From a virus (Duplodnaviria > Caudoviricetes), in the IMG/VR virus record IMGVR_UViG_3300014208_000418, positions 1-37,328 of that record: 37,328 nt of DNA; one strand, written 5' to 3'. Positions 9,026 to 16,582 of the stretch are shown here, in pieces (position 1 is the stretch's first letter; every line of letters starts with the position of its first letter). A program made the position numbers and the translations under genes. The notes beneath the pieces were generated by a model. The model did not search any database. It saw only the letters and a list, made by a program, of their open reading frames with translations, and was not told the origin of the DNA.

Positions 9026-9186
9026 TTGTTTTTGAACCAGTGAATTGCTTTGCCGAAGCCATAACCGATACAGATGCTCATGATAATAATATACCCCATC
9101 AGCTCCCACCGATCGATAACGACAACAGTTTCGTTGAGCGGAGCACTGCACCTTGCCACTGTTGCACCAACAACAAGCATCATCAT
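9022..9186 (-). CDS. Small membrane protein (54 aa)
   Basis: MMMLVVGATV...LMGYIIIMSICIGYGFGKAIHWF; overlaps at both ends. Confidence 0.55.
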   Translation of the reverse strand: MMMLVVGATVARCSAPLNETVVVIDRWELMGYIIIMSICIGYGFGKAIHWFKNK

Positions 9187-10040
9187 AAAGTCTTTTTTAT
9201 TTCGTTGATATATTCCGCGGTCATACTGCTCGCCCGCAATTTCCACGGTTCATCCATCGCCGCCCCCATGATCTCTTTGTTGCCGCCGGTGAAGTTATGC
9301 TGCACCACCCCGGCCGGATTGCACAGCAGATACTCGATCAGCGTATTACTGCATGCATCATTGAAATACGGCAATTTCAGAAAGGACGCCGATCGATAGT
9401 ACCGCGCGAGATCCTCCGGGTTGTTCATGATCCCAAGATACCGGAACCGCTCACCCATGAAAAAATCAAATTTGTATTCCACCTGCTCCGGTGAAAAATT
9501 GCCGATGATCCACAGATGCGCCTCCGGTCTTTCTCTGTGCACCATGATGTAATCATACCAAGCCCGGTGCCACTCTTTCGTTTCGTCCCGGTTGTATTGC
9601 ACGTATAGATACTGCGGATACCCCTCGCGCTCAACCTTTTCGCCGTCCGGGTTGAACATTTCCTCATCCGCTCCGTTCAAGATCACCGGGCCGTCATGCT
9701 TTACGAATGGCATGATGTAGTCTTTCGCCCACTGCGACTGGTAGATCACCAGATCAGCCATCTGCGCGAAATCATACAAGCGCGATGTTCCAGTGTTTCT
9801 GTTGCGGCTGTTGCGCGGAATGTTATCGATCCGGAATACGATCTTCTTTCCTGCGTTTTTTATGTTCTGCACGTAATCACGCTCAACCATTGTCGCTCCG
9901 GATATAAGCACCGCATCCGCATCTTCCATCCGCTGCACGATATCCACCCCCTGCTTCTGCGCATATTTTGTGAATGTCCTGCGCCACGTAAAGCCGCCGC
10001 CCAAAGTCTGTTTCGATTGTGTTGGTATGAATATCTTCAT
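9183..10040 (-). CDS. GT4-like glycosyltransferase (285 aa)
   Basis: Start MKIFIP at 10040; GGGFTW, ADLVIYQSQW, VILNGAD..MF, YRSA...LPYFNDACSNTLIE. Confidence 0.88.
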   Translation of the reverse strand: MKIFIPTQSKQTLGGGFTWRRTFTKYAQKQGVDIVQRMEDADAVLISGATMVERDYVQNIKNAGKKIVFRIDNIPRNSRNRNTGTSRLYDFAQMADLVIYQSQWAKDYIMPFVKHDGPVILNGADEEMFNPDGEKVEREGYPQYLYVQYNRDETKEWHRAWYDYIMVHRERPEAHLWIIGNFSPEQVEYKFDFFMGERFRYLGIMNNPEDLARYYRSASFLKLPYFNDACSNTLIEYLLCNPAGVVQHNFTGGNKEIMGAAMDEPWKLRASSMTAEYINEIKKTL

Positions 10041-10663
10041 GCAACCTGCTCTTTCAATTTTTTCAAAAACCCCTTGAACATATTCCATTGCCCGGCGCGG
10101 TCCAATTCCCCTGCATGGCCCCACAAATAGAACATGCCGCCCTTCTTGATTGCGTGGTCAAGATAAAAGTCTGCCATACCAAGCCATGTGCGGCCGTCAT
10201 ATTCTTTCCGGACGTCGAACATATGGATCGTTGTCGGCATTCTGAATTGATCCGGCGCTTCGATCTTGAGCACATGCGTGATCCTCGCATCTTCGTACCC
10301 GGCCGCTTTGACGATCTCAACAACAACGTCATTGAATCTCCCGCGCGGATAGGCGAACGACGTGCACGGCTTCCCGGTGATCTTCTCTATCTGCGACTTA
10401 CATATCGATACCTCCCCGCTGCACTGCTCCGCTGTCAACGCCTTGAGATCCTTCGGATGCGTCATGGTATGCCCTCCGATCTCAAACCCGAGCGCCGACA
10501 ATTCTTTGATCTGTTGCTGCGCCTCGAATGACGCTGTTTCTATAAAGAACATCCCCGGCAATCCTGCTTCGAGCAATATCTTTGCCGCGCGCATATTGTT
10601 CGGATGATAGTCATCGAACGCAATGACGCATCGCGCGTTATTTTTTAGCTGGATCGGTTTCAT
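10037..10663 (-). CDS. Polysaccharide deacetylase (NodB / CE4 family, 208 aa)
   Basis: Start MKPIQ at 10663; IAFDD, FEIGGHTMTH, FAYPRG, WGH motifs. Confidence 0.92.
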   Translation of the reverse strand: MKPIQLKNNARCVIAFDDYHPNNMRAAKILLEAGLPGMFFIETASFEAQQQIKELSALGFEIGGHTMTHPKDLKALTAEQCSGEVSICKSQIEKITGKPCTSFAYPRGRFNDVVVEIVKAAGYEDARITHVLKIEAPDQFRMPTTIHMFDVRKEYDGRTWLGMADFYLDHAIKKGGMFYLWGHAGELDRAGQWNMFKGFLKKLKEQVA

Positions 10664-10973
10664 CTTCAAGATTGAATTCTGCCCGCAGATGCTTCGCAAG
10701 CGTTTCGCACGCACCGATGAGATCTGCCTGCGACAACAGCACCTTGTAGGTGATCTCAAACCACGCGTCCTTACAATCCATGCACTCCCAAAACGTGCCG
10801 ACGATCTGCTCTATCCTCTTGTGCTGGCACAGCTTCTCCTCGGTCCTCACGGTCGTTGCTTTTGCGACCTGCCCGGTCTTTTCGTCGCGGATAACGATCT
10901 CTTTCACCCTGTTCGTGAACAACTTCAAAAACATGATGCGGGCTTTGTTGTAGTATAGACGGATTGTTTCCAT
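10638..10973 (-). CDS. Hypothetical protein with CxH...CxxC (111 aa)
   Basis: LCQH...WECMDC; A/C-rich leader. Confidence 0.7.
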   Translation of the reverse strand: METIRLYYNKARIMFLKLFTNRVKEIVIRDEKTGQVAKATTVRTEEKLCQHKRIEQIVGTFWECMDCKDAWFEITYKVLLSQADLIGACETLAKHLRAEFNLEDETDPAKK

Positions 10974-10998
10974 TGTGGTGTTTTAATAATACTCTCAT

Positions 10999-11031
10999 GT
11001 GGGGTCCCGGGGTCGATTCCGGGACGCCTCA
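10999..11031. other. GC-rich intergenic stem-loop
   Basis: gtggggtcccgg-ggtcgatt-ccgggacgcctcac inverted repeat; no U-tract on the minus strand. Confidence 0.6.
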
Positions 11032-11039
11032 CGAAAGCG

Positions 11040-11177
11040 CTATTGCTCCCCTGCCTCGTTCTCTTGCGCAGCTTCCTCCGCGCCTCCATTCTCTCCGGTT
11101 TCCTCTGCAGGCGGTGTCGTTGTTTCCTCAACGCCTTCACCAGCGGCCGCCGGATCTTTTTCTTCTTCTGTGCACAT
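11040..11177 (-). CDS. Highly acidic low-complexity peptide (45 aa)
   Basis: MCTEEEKDPAAAGEGVEETTTPPAEETGENGGAEEAAQENEAGEQ; ATG 11 nt after the epimerase stop. Confidence 0.6.
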   Translation of the reverse strand: MCTEEEKDPAAAGEGVEETTTPPAEETGENGGAEEAAQENEAGEQ

Positions 11178-11188
11178 GAATATCTTTG

Positions 11189-12151
11189 TTAATGATATTT
11201 GACAACTTCGCTGATCGGACGCTCTTTTGCCTTCTGCAACCAATCCATCAGATCTGTTTTCGGCGTCCAGTACAACAGATCTCCGGCTTTGTGTATCGAT
11301 GCTCTTGTTTCCTGCGCTTCCCCGATCCTTGCCTCTGCCGGTATACGCGGATGCTCCGGGTCGATCGCATTCAGAATATCGTTGATGCTGTAATTCTTCC
11401 CGGTGCCGATATTGAACGCATGATACCCTTTCAGCCGCGCTTTCATCATGCACGGCTGCATCTGTAGCGCGGCGGCGATATTCGCTTCAACCACATCGGC
11501 GACATACGTGAAATCCCTCCGCTGTTCTCCATCGCCAACAACCGTGAACGGCTTCCCCTCCGCTTTTTGTTTCAAGAAGATACCGATCGCCGTGGCATAT
11601 GCCCCTTCGGACAACTGGCTTTCGCCGTATACGTTGAAATACCGCAGCGCCGTTACGTTCAAGCCATACAGCGCCGAGAATATCGAAAGATATTGCTCAT
11701 TGATCCACTTCTGCAACGCATAGGGATTTTTCGGTGCTTTCGCATCGTCCTCCATCGCGGGCAGATTAAGCGCCTGCCCATAGATGCTGCTCGAAGATGA
11801 ATACACGACCGGGATCCCCCACTTGCGCGCATAATCGAAGATGGCAAGCGACACGTTCACGTTCGCATCATGATACCCAAGCGGATCAGAAATGCTCGGC
11901 TGTATCCTCGGCAATGCGGCAAGATGAAAGATCACATCGGGCGGTGATGCACATTCACCCACGATCTTCTCGATGTTCCGTGCGTCATTGAGATCAAAAC
12001 TGAATCCGGGCCGCCCGGCGAATTCTTTGATCCTGTCGGCATAACCGGTCGACAGATTATCGATTCCGATCACCTCATGCCCGCGCTCGAGCAATGCACG
12101 CGTCAGATGCGATCCAATGAACCCCGCAAATCCTGTGACAACTGTTTTCAT
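11189..12151 (-). CDS. NAD-dependent nucleotide-sugar epimerase/dehydratase (extended SDR, 320 aa)
   Basis: VTGFAGFIG, DNLSTG, FHLAA, YSSSSSIYG, PYALQK (YxxxK), LRYFNVYG, GDGEQRRDFTYV, FNIGTG. Confidence 0.96.
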   Translation of the reverse strand: MKTVVTGFAGFIGSHLTRALLERGHEVIGIDNLSTGYADRIKEFAGRPGFSFDLNDARNIEKIVGECASPPDVIFHLAALPRIQPSISDPLGYHDANVNVSLAIFDYARKWGIPVVYSSSSSIYGQALNLPAMEDDAKAPKNPYALQKWINEQYLSIFSALYGLNVTALRYFNVYGESQLSEGAYATAIGIFLKQKAEGKPFTVVGDGEQRRDFTYVADVVEANIAAALQMQPCMMKARLKGYHAFNIGTGKNYSINDILNAIDPEHPRIPAEARIGEAQETRASIHKAGDLLYWTPKTDLMDWLQKAKERPISEVVKYH

Positions 12152-12567
12152 ATTTTTCCAAGTATGCGTTTCACTGGTGTTGCGCTGATTCCCATCTGCT
12201 TGGTTATCTGTACAACATTCATGCCTTCGTTGGCATAGTGACGAATTTTGTTTTCGATCTCGGGTGTGATCTCCGTACGCTTTCGGTACGTCCTTTTCCC
12301 CCCTGTCGGTTCTTCCGGCCCATCATCACCATCCGATAACAACGCCTTTGCCCGGGCTTTTGCCATCGCTTTTTTTGCTGCCTCTGTTGCTCCGGGATTG
12401 TGTGTTCTCACCTTTCCGTCAACATCCAGTTTTTCCTGCCCGGCAACATCGCTACCGGTCCACACTCTGATGTCGGTGATTCTTGGCAAGATCAAGATGC
12501 TGTTATCCTCGGTATCGATGCTGATGAGATTCCGTGTCCTCGGGTCAAGATAGTAATCTTTTGCCAT
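12148..12567 (-). CDS. Hypothetical protein with C-terminal HTH (139 aa)
   Basis: C-terminus ITPEIENKIRHYANEGMNVVQITKQMGISATPVKRIL. Confidence 0.72.
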   Translation of the reverse strand: MAKDYYLDPRTRNLISIDTEDNSILILPRITDIRVWTGSDVAGQEKLDVDGKVRTHNPGATEAAKKAMAKARAKALLSDGDDGPEEPTGGKRTYRKRTEITPEIENKIRHYANEGMNVVQITKQMGISATPVKRILGKI

Positions 12568-12568
12568 A

Positions 12569-12724
12569 TTATTTCTTCATCCAAATGAATGGTGTTGTTG
12601 CGATTACCGCACCGGCCAATGCGGCAAACAAAAGATGATGCTCCCCCACAGCCAGCACCAGCAACGCAACCACATTGACCACCGATGCTCCTGTCAGAAT
12701 GATCTCGTTGATGTATTTTTTCAT
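12569..12724 (-). CDS. Small two-TM membrane protein (51 aa)
   Basis: Hand translation MKKYINEIILTGASVVNVVALLVLAVGEHHLLFAALAGAVIATTPFIWMKK; ATGA overlap; below the ORF-track cutoff. Confidence 0.65.
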   Translation of the reverse strand: MKKYINEIILTGASVVNVVALLVLAVGEHHLLFAALAGAVIATTPFIWMKK

Positions 12725-13575
12725 GATCGTTTGTTCATGTCATTGAACCGGTCATTGCTCGCGTCCACCTCTGCGACCAGCCGCGGATCGTAACCGGCTT
12801 CCTGCGAGAATGCGACCAATGCCTTCACATCTTTCGGGAAACACTTGCCGCCATATCCCCGCTTGTCCGGGAACACTGCCGTGTGCATGCGCTCGATGCG
12901 GGTATCGAGCAAGAACAATTCCCGGAGCTGTTGATAGTCCACATCAAGCGCGTTGGCGATCTCCGCGATCTCGTTGAAAAACGTCACCTTCATCGCCCCC
13001 CACGAATTCACCGTGTACTTCATGAGCGCCGCCGTGCGCACATCGGTCTTTAGAAATCTGCAGTCGGTCCCGATCACCGGCAAAAAGAAGTCCCCGATGA
13101 TCTTCTCCGACGCTTCAACCGCCTCCGGGAACGATCCGAAGATCATAAAGCTGTGATATTTCATATCGGTCGGATGCGGATATTTCCAAAACGGCACGAA
13201 ATACTTTCCCTCTCCGATGAATTCCGGGCTGAAAACGATTTTCGCCGACTTCCCCGACTGACTGATAATGCTCTCCAAATCTTTCGGCGGCGTTGTGCTC
13301 TTGATCAGAATCAGCGGCGTATTGATCCATTTCAGCACCTCCTGCAAAATCGTCGTATTGCATGATCCATCCTCCCGGGACGGCGTAGGCACACACACGA
13401 TCGCAAGATCGCACGCATTCACATCTTCCTGCGTTGTGCCGAAAATCCTATTCCCTCCCTCGGCACGCTGTCCAAACTTCGGATCGAATACCGAAATAAA
13501 AAAACGATCGTCGTCAAAGAAACGCTCGATCGCCTGCCCCACGAAACCATGCCCCACGATTGCAATTTTTTTCAT
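12721..13575 (-). CDS. UDP-glucose/GDP-mannose 6-dehydrogenase family protein, short form (284 aa)
   Basis: Start MKKIAIVGHGFVG at 13575; VCVPTP, IKSTTPP, SPEF, KY..N...AMKVTFFNEI, GYGGKCFPKD (catalytic Cys); lacks the usual C-terminal UDP-binding domain. Confidence 0.93.
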   Translation of the reverse strand: MKKIAIVGHGFVGQAIERFFDDDRFFISVFDPKFGQRAEGGNRIFGTTQEDVNACDLAIVCVPTPSREDGSCNTTILQEVLKWINTPLILIKSTTPPKDLESIISQSGKSAKIVFSPEFIGEGKYFVPFWKYPHPTDMKYHSFMIFGSFPEAVEASEKIIGDFFLPVIGTDCRFLKTDVRTAALMKYTVNSWGAMKVTFFNEIAEIANALDVDYQQLRELFLLDTRIERMHTAVFPDKRGYGGKCFPKDVKALVAFSQEAGYDPRLVAEVDASNDRFNDMNKRS

Positions 13576-13607
13576 GTTAGTTTTTTTATTTTTTTCTCGA
13601 CCTTTCG

Positions 13608-13636
13608 AGTATACATCTTTTCGATATTCCTGTGAA
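13608..13636 (-). promoter_or_regulatory. Sigma70-type promoter for the glycan operon
   Basis: Minus strand TTCACA-N17-TATACT, 32 nt upstream of ATG 13575. Confidence 0.65.
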
Positions 13637-13656
13637 TGTTCTCCGTTCGATTTTTC

Positions 13657-13931
13657 TGTGGAAAACTTTTGCGCGCCGAATATAAATATATACATGCATT
13701 CTCTTATATGAATTTCTTTATCTTTAGACAAAGGTTTATATAGATTATTATTATTAAGCATCGCCAAAACAGGCATTTTTCGATTATTAAAAACAAAAAA
13801 ACCGCTTTGCCTTGCGGTCTTTCTGCTTTCCCGTCCTGTGGATAACTACTGCTTAACTCTTTGGATAACGGTCTGATATCGCGTGGATGAGTAGTTTTAC
13901 TCCTTTGCCGATTGTACACACTTTTTCCACA
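13657..13931. promoter_or_regulatory. DnaA-box cluster flanking an AT-rich tract (possible origin or regulatory region)
   Basis: TTATCCACA (minus) 13837-13845, TTTTCCACA (minus) 13657-13665 and (plus) 13923-13931, TTATCCAAA (minus) 13860-13868; AT-rich 13680-13800. Confidence 0.55.
13790..13818 (-). terminator. Intrinsic terminator ending the early block
   Basis: ACCGC-aaggcaaa-GCGGT followed by TTTTTTGTTTTT on the minus strand. Confidence 0.7.
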
Positions 13932-14196
13932 GGTGCATTACGCTGCTATGATCCCGGTTGATGTACCTTCCGATCTCCGCGAAAGGAAGATCCATCTGCT
14001 CCCGGAACATCGCCACCGCGTACACCCGGGCGTGGACCATATTGCGCTTCCTGCATCGACCCTTGAGATCCCCAAGCGTGACGCCGAACATGGCGCACGC
14101 CTTCTCAAGAATGCCATCGATGTCGTTCTGCCGGCGTCCGAATTTCAATACGAACGAATCGGCTACGCTAACATCACCCTGTTGATTTTTATTCAT
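13897..14196 (-). CDS. Stand-alone DnaA C-terminal (domain IV) HTH protein (99 aa)
   Basis: ILEKACAMFGVTLGDLKGRCRKRNMVHAR...LPFAEIGRYINRDHSSVMH matches Bac_DnaA_C (R-x-R..AR, IG..RDHTTV); no AAA+ domain. Confidence 0.9.
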   Translation of the reverse strand: MNKNQQGDVSVADSFVLKFGRRQNDIDGILEKACAMFGVTLGDLKGRCRKRNMVHARVYAVAMFREQMDLPFAEIGRYINRDHSSVMHLWKKCVQSAKE

Positions 14197-14205
14197 GTTT
14201 GTTGT

Positions 14206-14904
14206 CTAAAATAATCTTTGTGGCTGTACCTCCGCGAATTCGACCCATATCTTCGGATCATACGCATAGAACACAGCCCGATAGTCACTCTTTGTCGGCT
14301 TCCCCCGGGCCATTGCAGTATCAACCCTCTCCGTGTACAGATGCACCGCTTCCGCAATCGTGATCATCTCCTCCGTCCTATCTATAATCTCGTTCCGGAA
14401 CACCTTCACCTTCTTCGGCACCGGGATCCCTTTGAGCGCAGCGAACCCCCTCTTGGTAATGACCCACCACCCGCTGCGCTTGTCGTTCTGCGCAATGAGG
14501 CCCAGCTTTGCACACTGCGTCATGCGCTTTTTGATGCTGGTCGCTACCGGCAAGCGGTCAATGTGTACCTTGTTCGCGTCGGCGAAGATTGTGCCCCTCC
14601 TTGATTCGCGCAATACCTCGCCCCCGATCGCAACAAGCAACGCCGCATCCAAGCAATCGAACGTATACCAGTACGCATTCATGCTGGCCCCGCAATTCCC
14701 GCACCGGCTTGTGTTGGCGAATATCTCCGGATACTTGTCTTTGACCGCCTTGATCGCGCATGCCTCCACGTATGCGCTCCCGCTTTCGTCAGATACAGGG
14801 AGCGATGTCGGCATGCCCATGCTATGCGCTACCCGGGCGGCCAACCGGATCATATCCATGATCCTTCCCTGCACCTGCTCATTCGATCTTGTTTTTTCGG
14901 TCAT
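14206..14904 (-). CDS. Hypothetical DNA-binding protein (CxxC + winged-helix-like, 232 aa)
   Basis: Start at 14904 by ATGA overlap; RCGNCG; KLGLI...GWWVITKRG wing-like motif. Confidence 0.7.
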   Translation of the reverse strand: MTEKTRSNEQVQGRIMDMIRLAARVAHSMGMPTSLPVSDESGSAYVEACAIKAVKDKYPEIFANTSRCGNCGASMNAYWYTFDCLDAALLVAIGGEVLRESRRGTIFADANKVHIDRLPVATSIKKRMTQCAKLGLIAQNDKRSGWWVITKRGFAALKGIPVPKKVKVFRNEIIDRTEEMITIAEAVHLYTERVDTAMARGKPTKSDYRAVFYAYDPKIWVEFAEVQPQRLF

Positions 14905-15332
14905 ACCAGTGCGCATTTTACTTTTTCAAAGATGCTTTTGTGCATTCGCCTGCGGTCCCATGATAGCTTCGTCAGATGCGCCAGCATGCTGATCGCAAAT
15001 TCCCGGGCCGCCGGATCTCTCCATTGCGCCGCCGTGAATGATGCGAATATCTGCGAGCGCATGGCTTCCGGTGTTTTTTGCCGCTCGACGGCACGGCACA
15101 GATCTCGTTCATCATCCGCGAGCCGTTCACACAAAAAGGCGTTTCTGTAAAGCTGGACCAACACTACGTCGCACTTCTCGAATTTTTCGGCGTAATCTGC
15201 GACCATTGATGCAATCGCTGCATGATCTCCCTTTTCGTATGCCGTGCGTATTGCAGTGAAAGCGTCCGTCAATGATCTCGCCTTTCTTTTTTTGTACTCC
15301 CGATATGCTTCCGTCGGGTTGCTGTGTAGCAT
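14901..15332 (-). CDS. Hypothetical helical protein (143 aa)
   Basis: Protein-like composition, A-rich leader, stop coupled to the next gene. Confidence 0.7.
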   Translation of the reverse strand: MLHSNPTEAYREYKKRKARSLTDAFTAIRTAYEKGDHAAIASMVADYAEKFEKCDVVLVQLYRNAFLCERLADDERDLCRAVERQKTPEAMRSQIFASFTAAQWRDPAAREFAISMLAHLTKLSWDRRRMHKSIFEKVKCALV

Positions 15333-15603
15333 GATATTTTGTTTTAAGGATATATTCCCACAATGCGGCCGGGCTTTTTACCTCCTGCGATTCGTTCACT
15401 TCGGCCAGCGCTGCCCGCGCCGCGTGTTCGCCGTAGATCTTGCACTTTCGCGCGATCCGGCCGAAGTTTTTACTGTCCCCGAGTGCGTCGGCAATGTCGT
15501 GCGCCAGCAGTTTTGTTCTTGATCCGTGTGTCCGCTGATACTTTCCGTCTTGCCGCGCCCGGAGCGCCTGCATGTACTCTTGAATGAACGTGTTGTCTGC
15601 CAT
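15127..15603 (-). CDS. Hypothetical protein, possibly replication-initiator C-terminal-like helical domain (158 aa)
   Basis: Start MADNT at 15603; LAHDIADALGD...AALAEV...VKSPAALWEYILK recalls the 'KxPxA' ends of phage replisome organisers; function is inference. Confidence 0.6.
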   Translation of the reverse strand: MADNTFIQEYMQALRARQDGKYQRTHGSRTKLLAHDIADALGDSKNFGRIARKCKIYGEHAARAALAEVNESQEVKSPAALWEYILKTKYHATQQPDGSISGVQKKKGEIIDGRFHCNTHGIRKGRSCSDCINGRRLRRKIREVRRSVGPALQKRLFV

Positions 15604-15677
15604 ATTTTTTCGCCGCGGGCCGATCCGGATGCACCGCAAGAAGCAGTGCCCGAATCAGCGGCGCATAGGGCGGCAGG

Positions 15678-16211
15678 TTATTTTCCATGATCCTTTCTCC
15701 ATTTGCGATACCATCTGTCGACCTGCTTGATGGGGATAGAGAAATTCATGTCTGTCGGCAGCGCGGCGATGATGTCACGCTTGAAATCTTGATACACTTC
15801 CTTTGATTTTTCTGTTCCGACTTCCGCAAACATCATGATCGCAAGGGCAAGCTGCGCCGGGCCGGATCCGTTGTACCCCCAACAAAAGCCGTCCGGTGAA
15901 TGGTTCCTCTCCGCAATGCTTGGTGCCGGATCGAGCCACAAGCCATCGTAGTAAACGTTTCGCGTGTTTTGGTATCCGACTATCAACCCGGGCTTTCCGG
16001 CCTCTCCCGGGGCAGTTTGGAACGCTCTGCCGCCAATTCTGCTGCCCTCGACCTTTTCTATACGCTTTGCTCCGTGGTTATGCCCCCCGCAATCGCACGT
16101 GCATTTTAGTTTTTTCGCCCGGGCACAGCGATTTTCCCATCCCTTGCTGCATCGATGCACAAGATCTCCGGTGATGCTGTGTTGTCCGACGATTCTTTTA
16201 TTTTTGTTCAT
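15678..16211 (-). CDS. Cys/His-rich domain + DUF6166-like protein (177 aa)
   Basis: Start MNKNK at 16211; C..RC..A...KCTCDCGGHNHG, then NHSPDGFCWGYNGSGPAQLALAI...YQDFK. Confidence 0.8.
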   Translation of the reverse strand: MNKNKRIVGQHSITGDLVHRCSKGWENRCARAKKLKCTCDCGGHNHGAKRIEKVEGSRIGGRAFQTAPGEAGKPGLIVGYQNTRNVYYDGLWLDPAPSIAERNHSPDGFCWGYNGSGPAQLALAIMMFAEVGTEKSKEVYQDFKRDIIAALPTDMNFSIPIKQVDRWYRKWRKDHGK

Positions 16212-16427
16212 GATCGCATTCTTTCTTAATGATTCCGGTGCCGTCACACTCCGGACATTCCACCTCGATGAAGCCGGAGCGGCCGCACTTCGTGCAGTTT
16301 CCCCTCGCCTCTTTTTCCCGGATCATATTCTCCGCGATACGCATCTCCGTAATAAGGCGGGAATTTCCGAACGCATTTTTTGGGGAATAGAGCTGCTCGA
16401 TCTTTTTTTCCTTTCTTCAACGCTCAT
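16198..16427 (-). CDS. DnaJ-type Zn-finger microprotein, apparently split by a frameshift at an A7 run (intact part 16198-16344)
   Basis: Coupled ATG 16427 gives MSVEERKK, then the -1 frame reads KIEQLYSPKN...CTKCGRSG...CPECDGTG...HEQK*. Confidence 0.55.
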
Positions 16428-16582
16428 GCCTTCTTCTCCTTCCTGTTGAACATGGCACGGTCACAAGCCGCCCTGTTCCTGCAATACCACAATTTTTTCC
16501 ACACGATCTCCTGCTGATAATACAGATCCTTTTTCGGCTTCAACCTATTACAGCGATGGCAAAATCTTTTTTCGGTGTTCAT
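16424..16582 (-). CDS. Small Cys4 Zn-finger protein (52 aa)
   Basis: Hand translation MNTEKRFCHRCNRLKPKKDL...WYCRNRAACDRAMFNRKEKKA; ATGA overlaps at both ends. Confidence 0.7.
   Translation of the reverse strand: MNTEKRFCHRCNRLKPKKDLYYQQEIVWKKLWYCRNRAACDRAMFNRKEKKA

Noticed and set aside
10999-11035. tRNA gene
   Set aside because: Only a T-arm-like hairpin; no D-arm or anticodon arm can be built.
13576-13776. 67-aa N-terminal extension of the dehydrogenase in the ORF track
   Set aside because: It crosses an AT-rich regulatory tract and a good promoter; the Rossmann motif starts at Met 13575. Similar over-extended starts were trimmed for several other ORFs.
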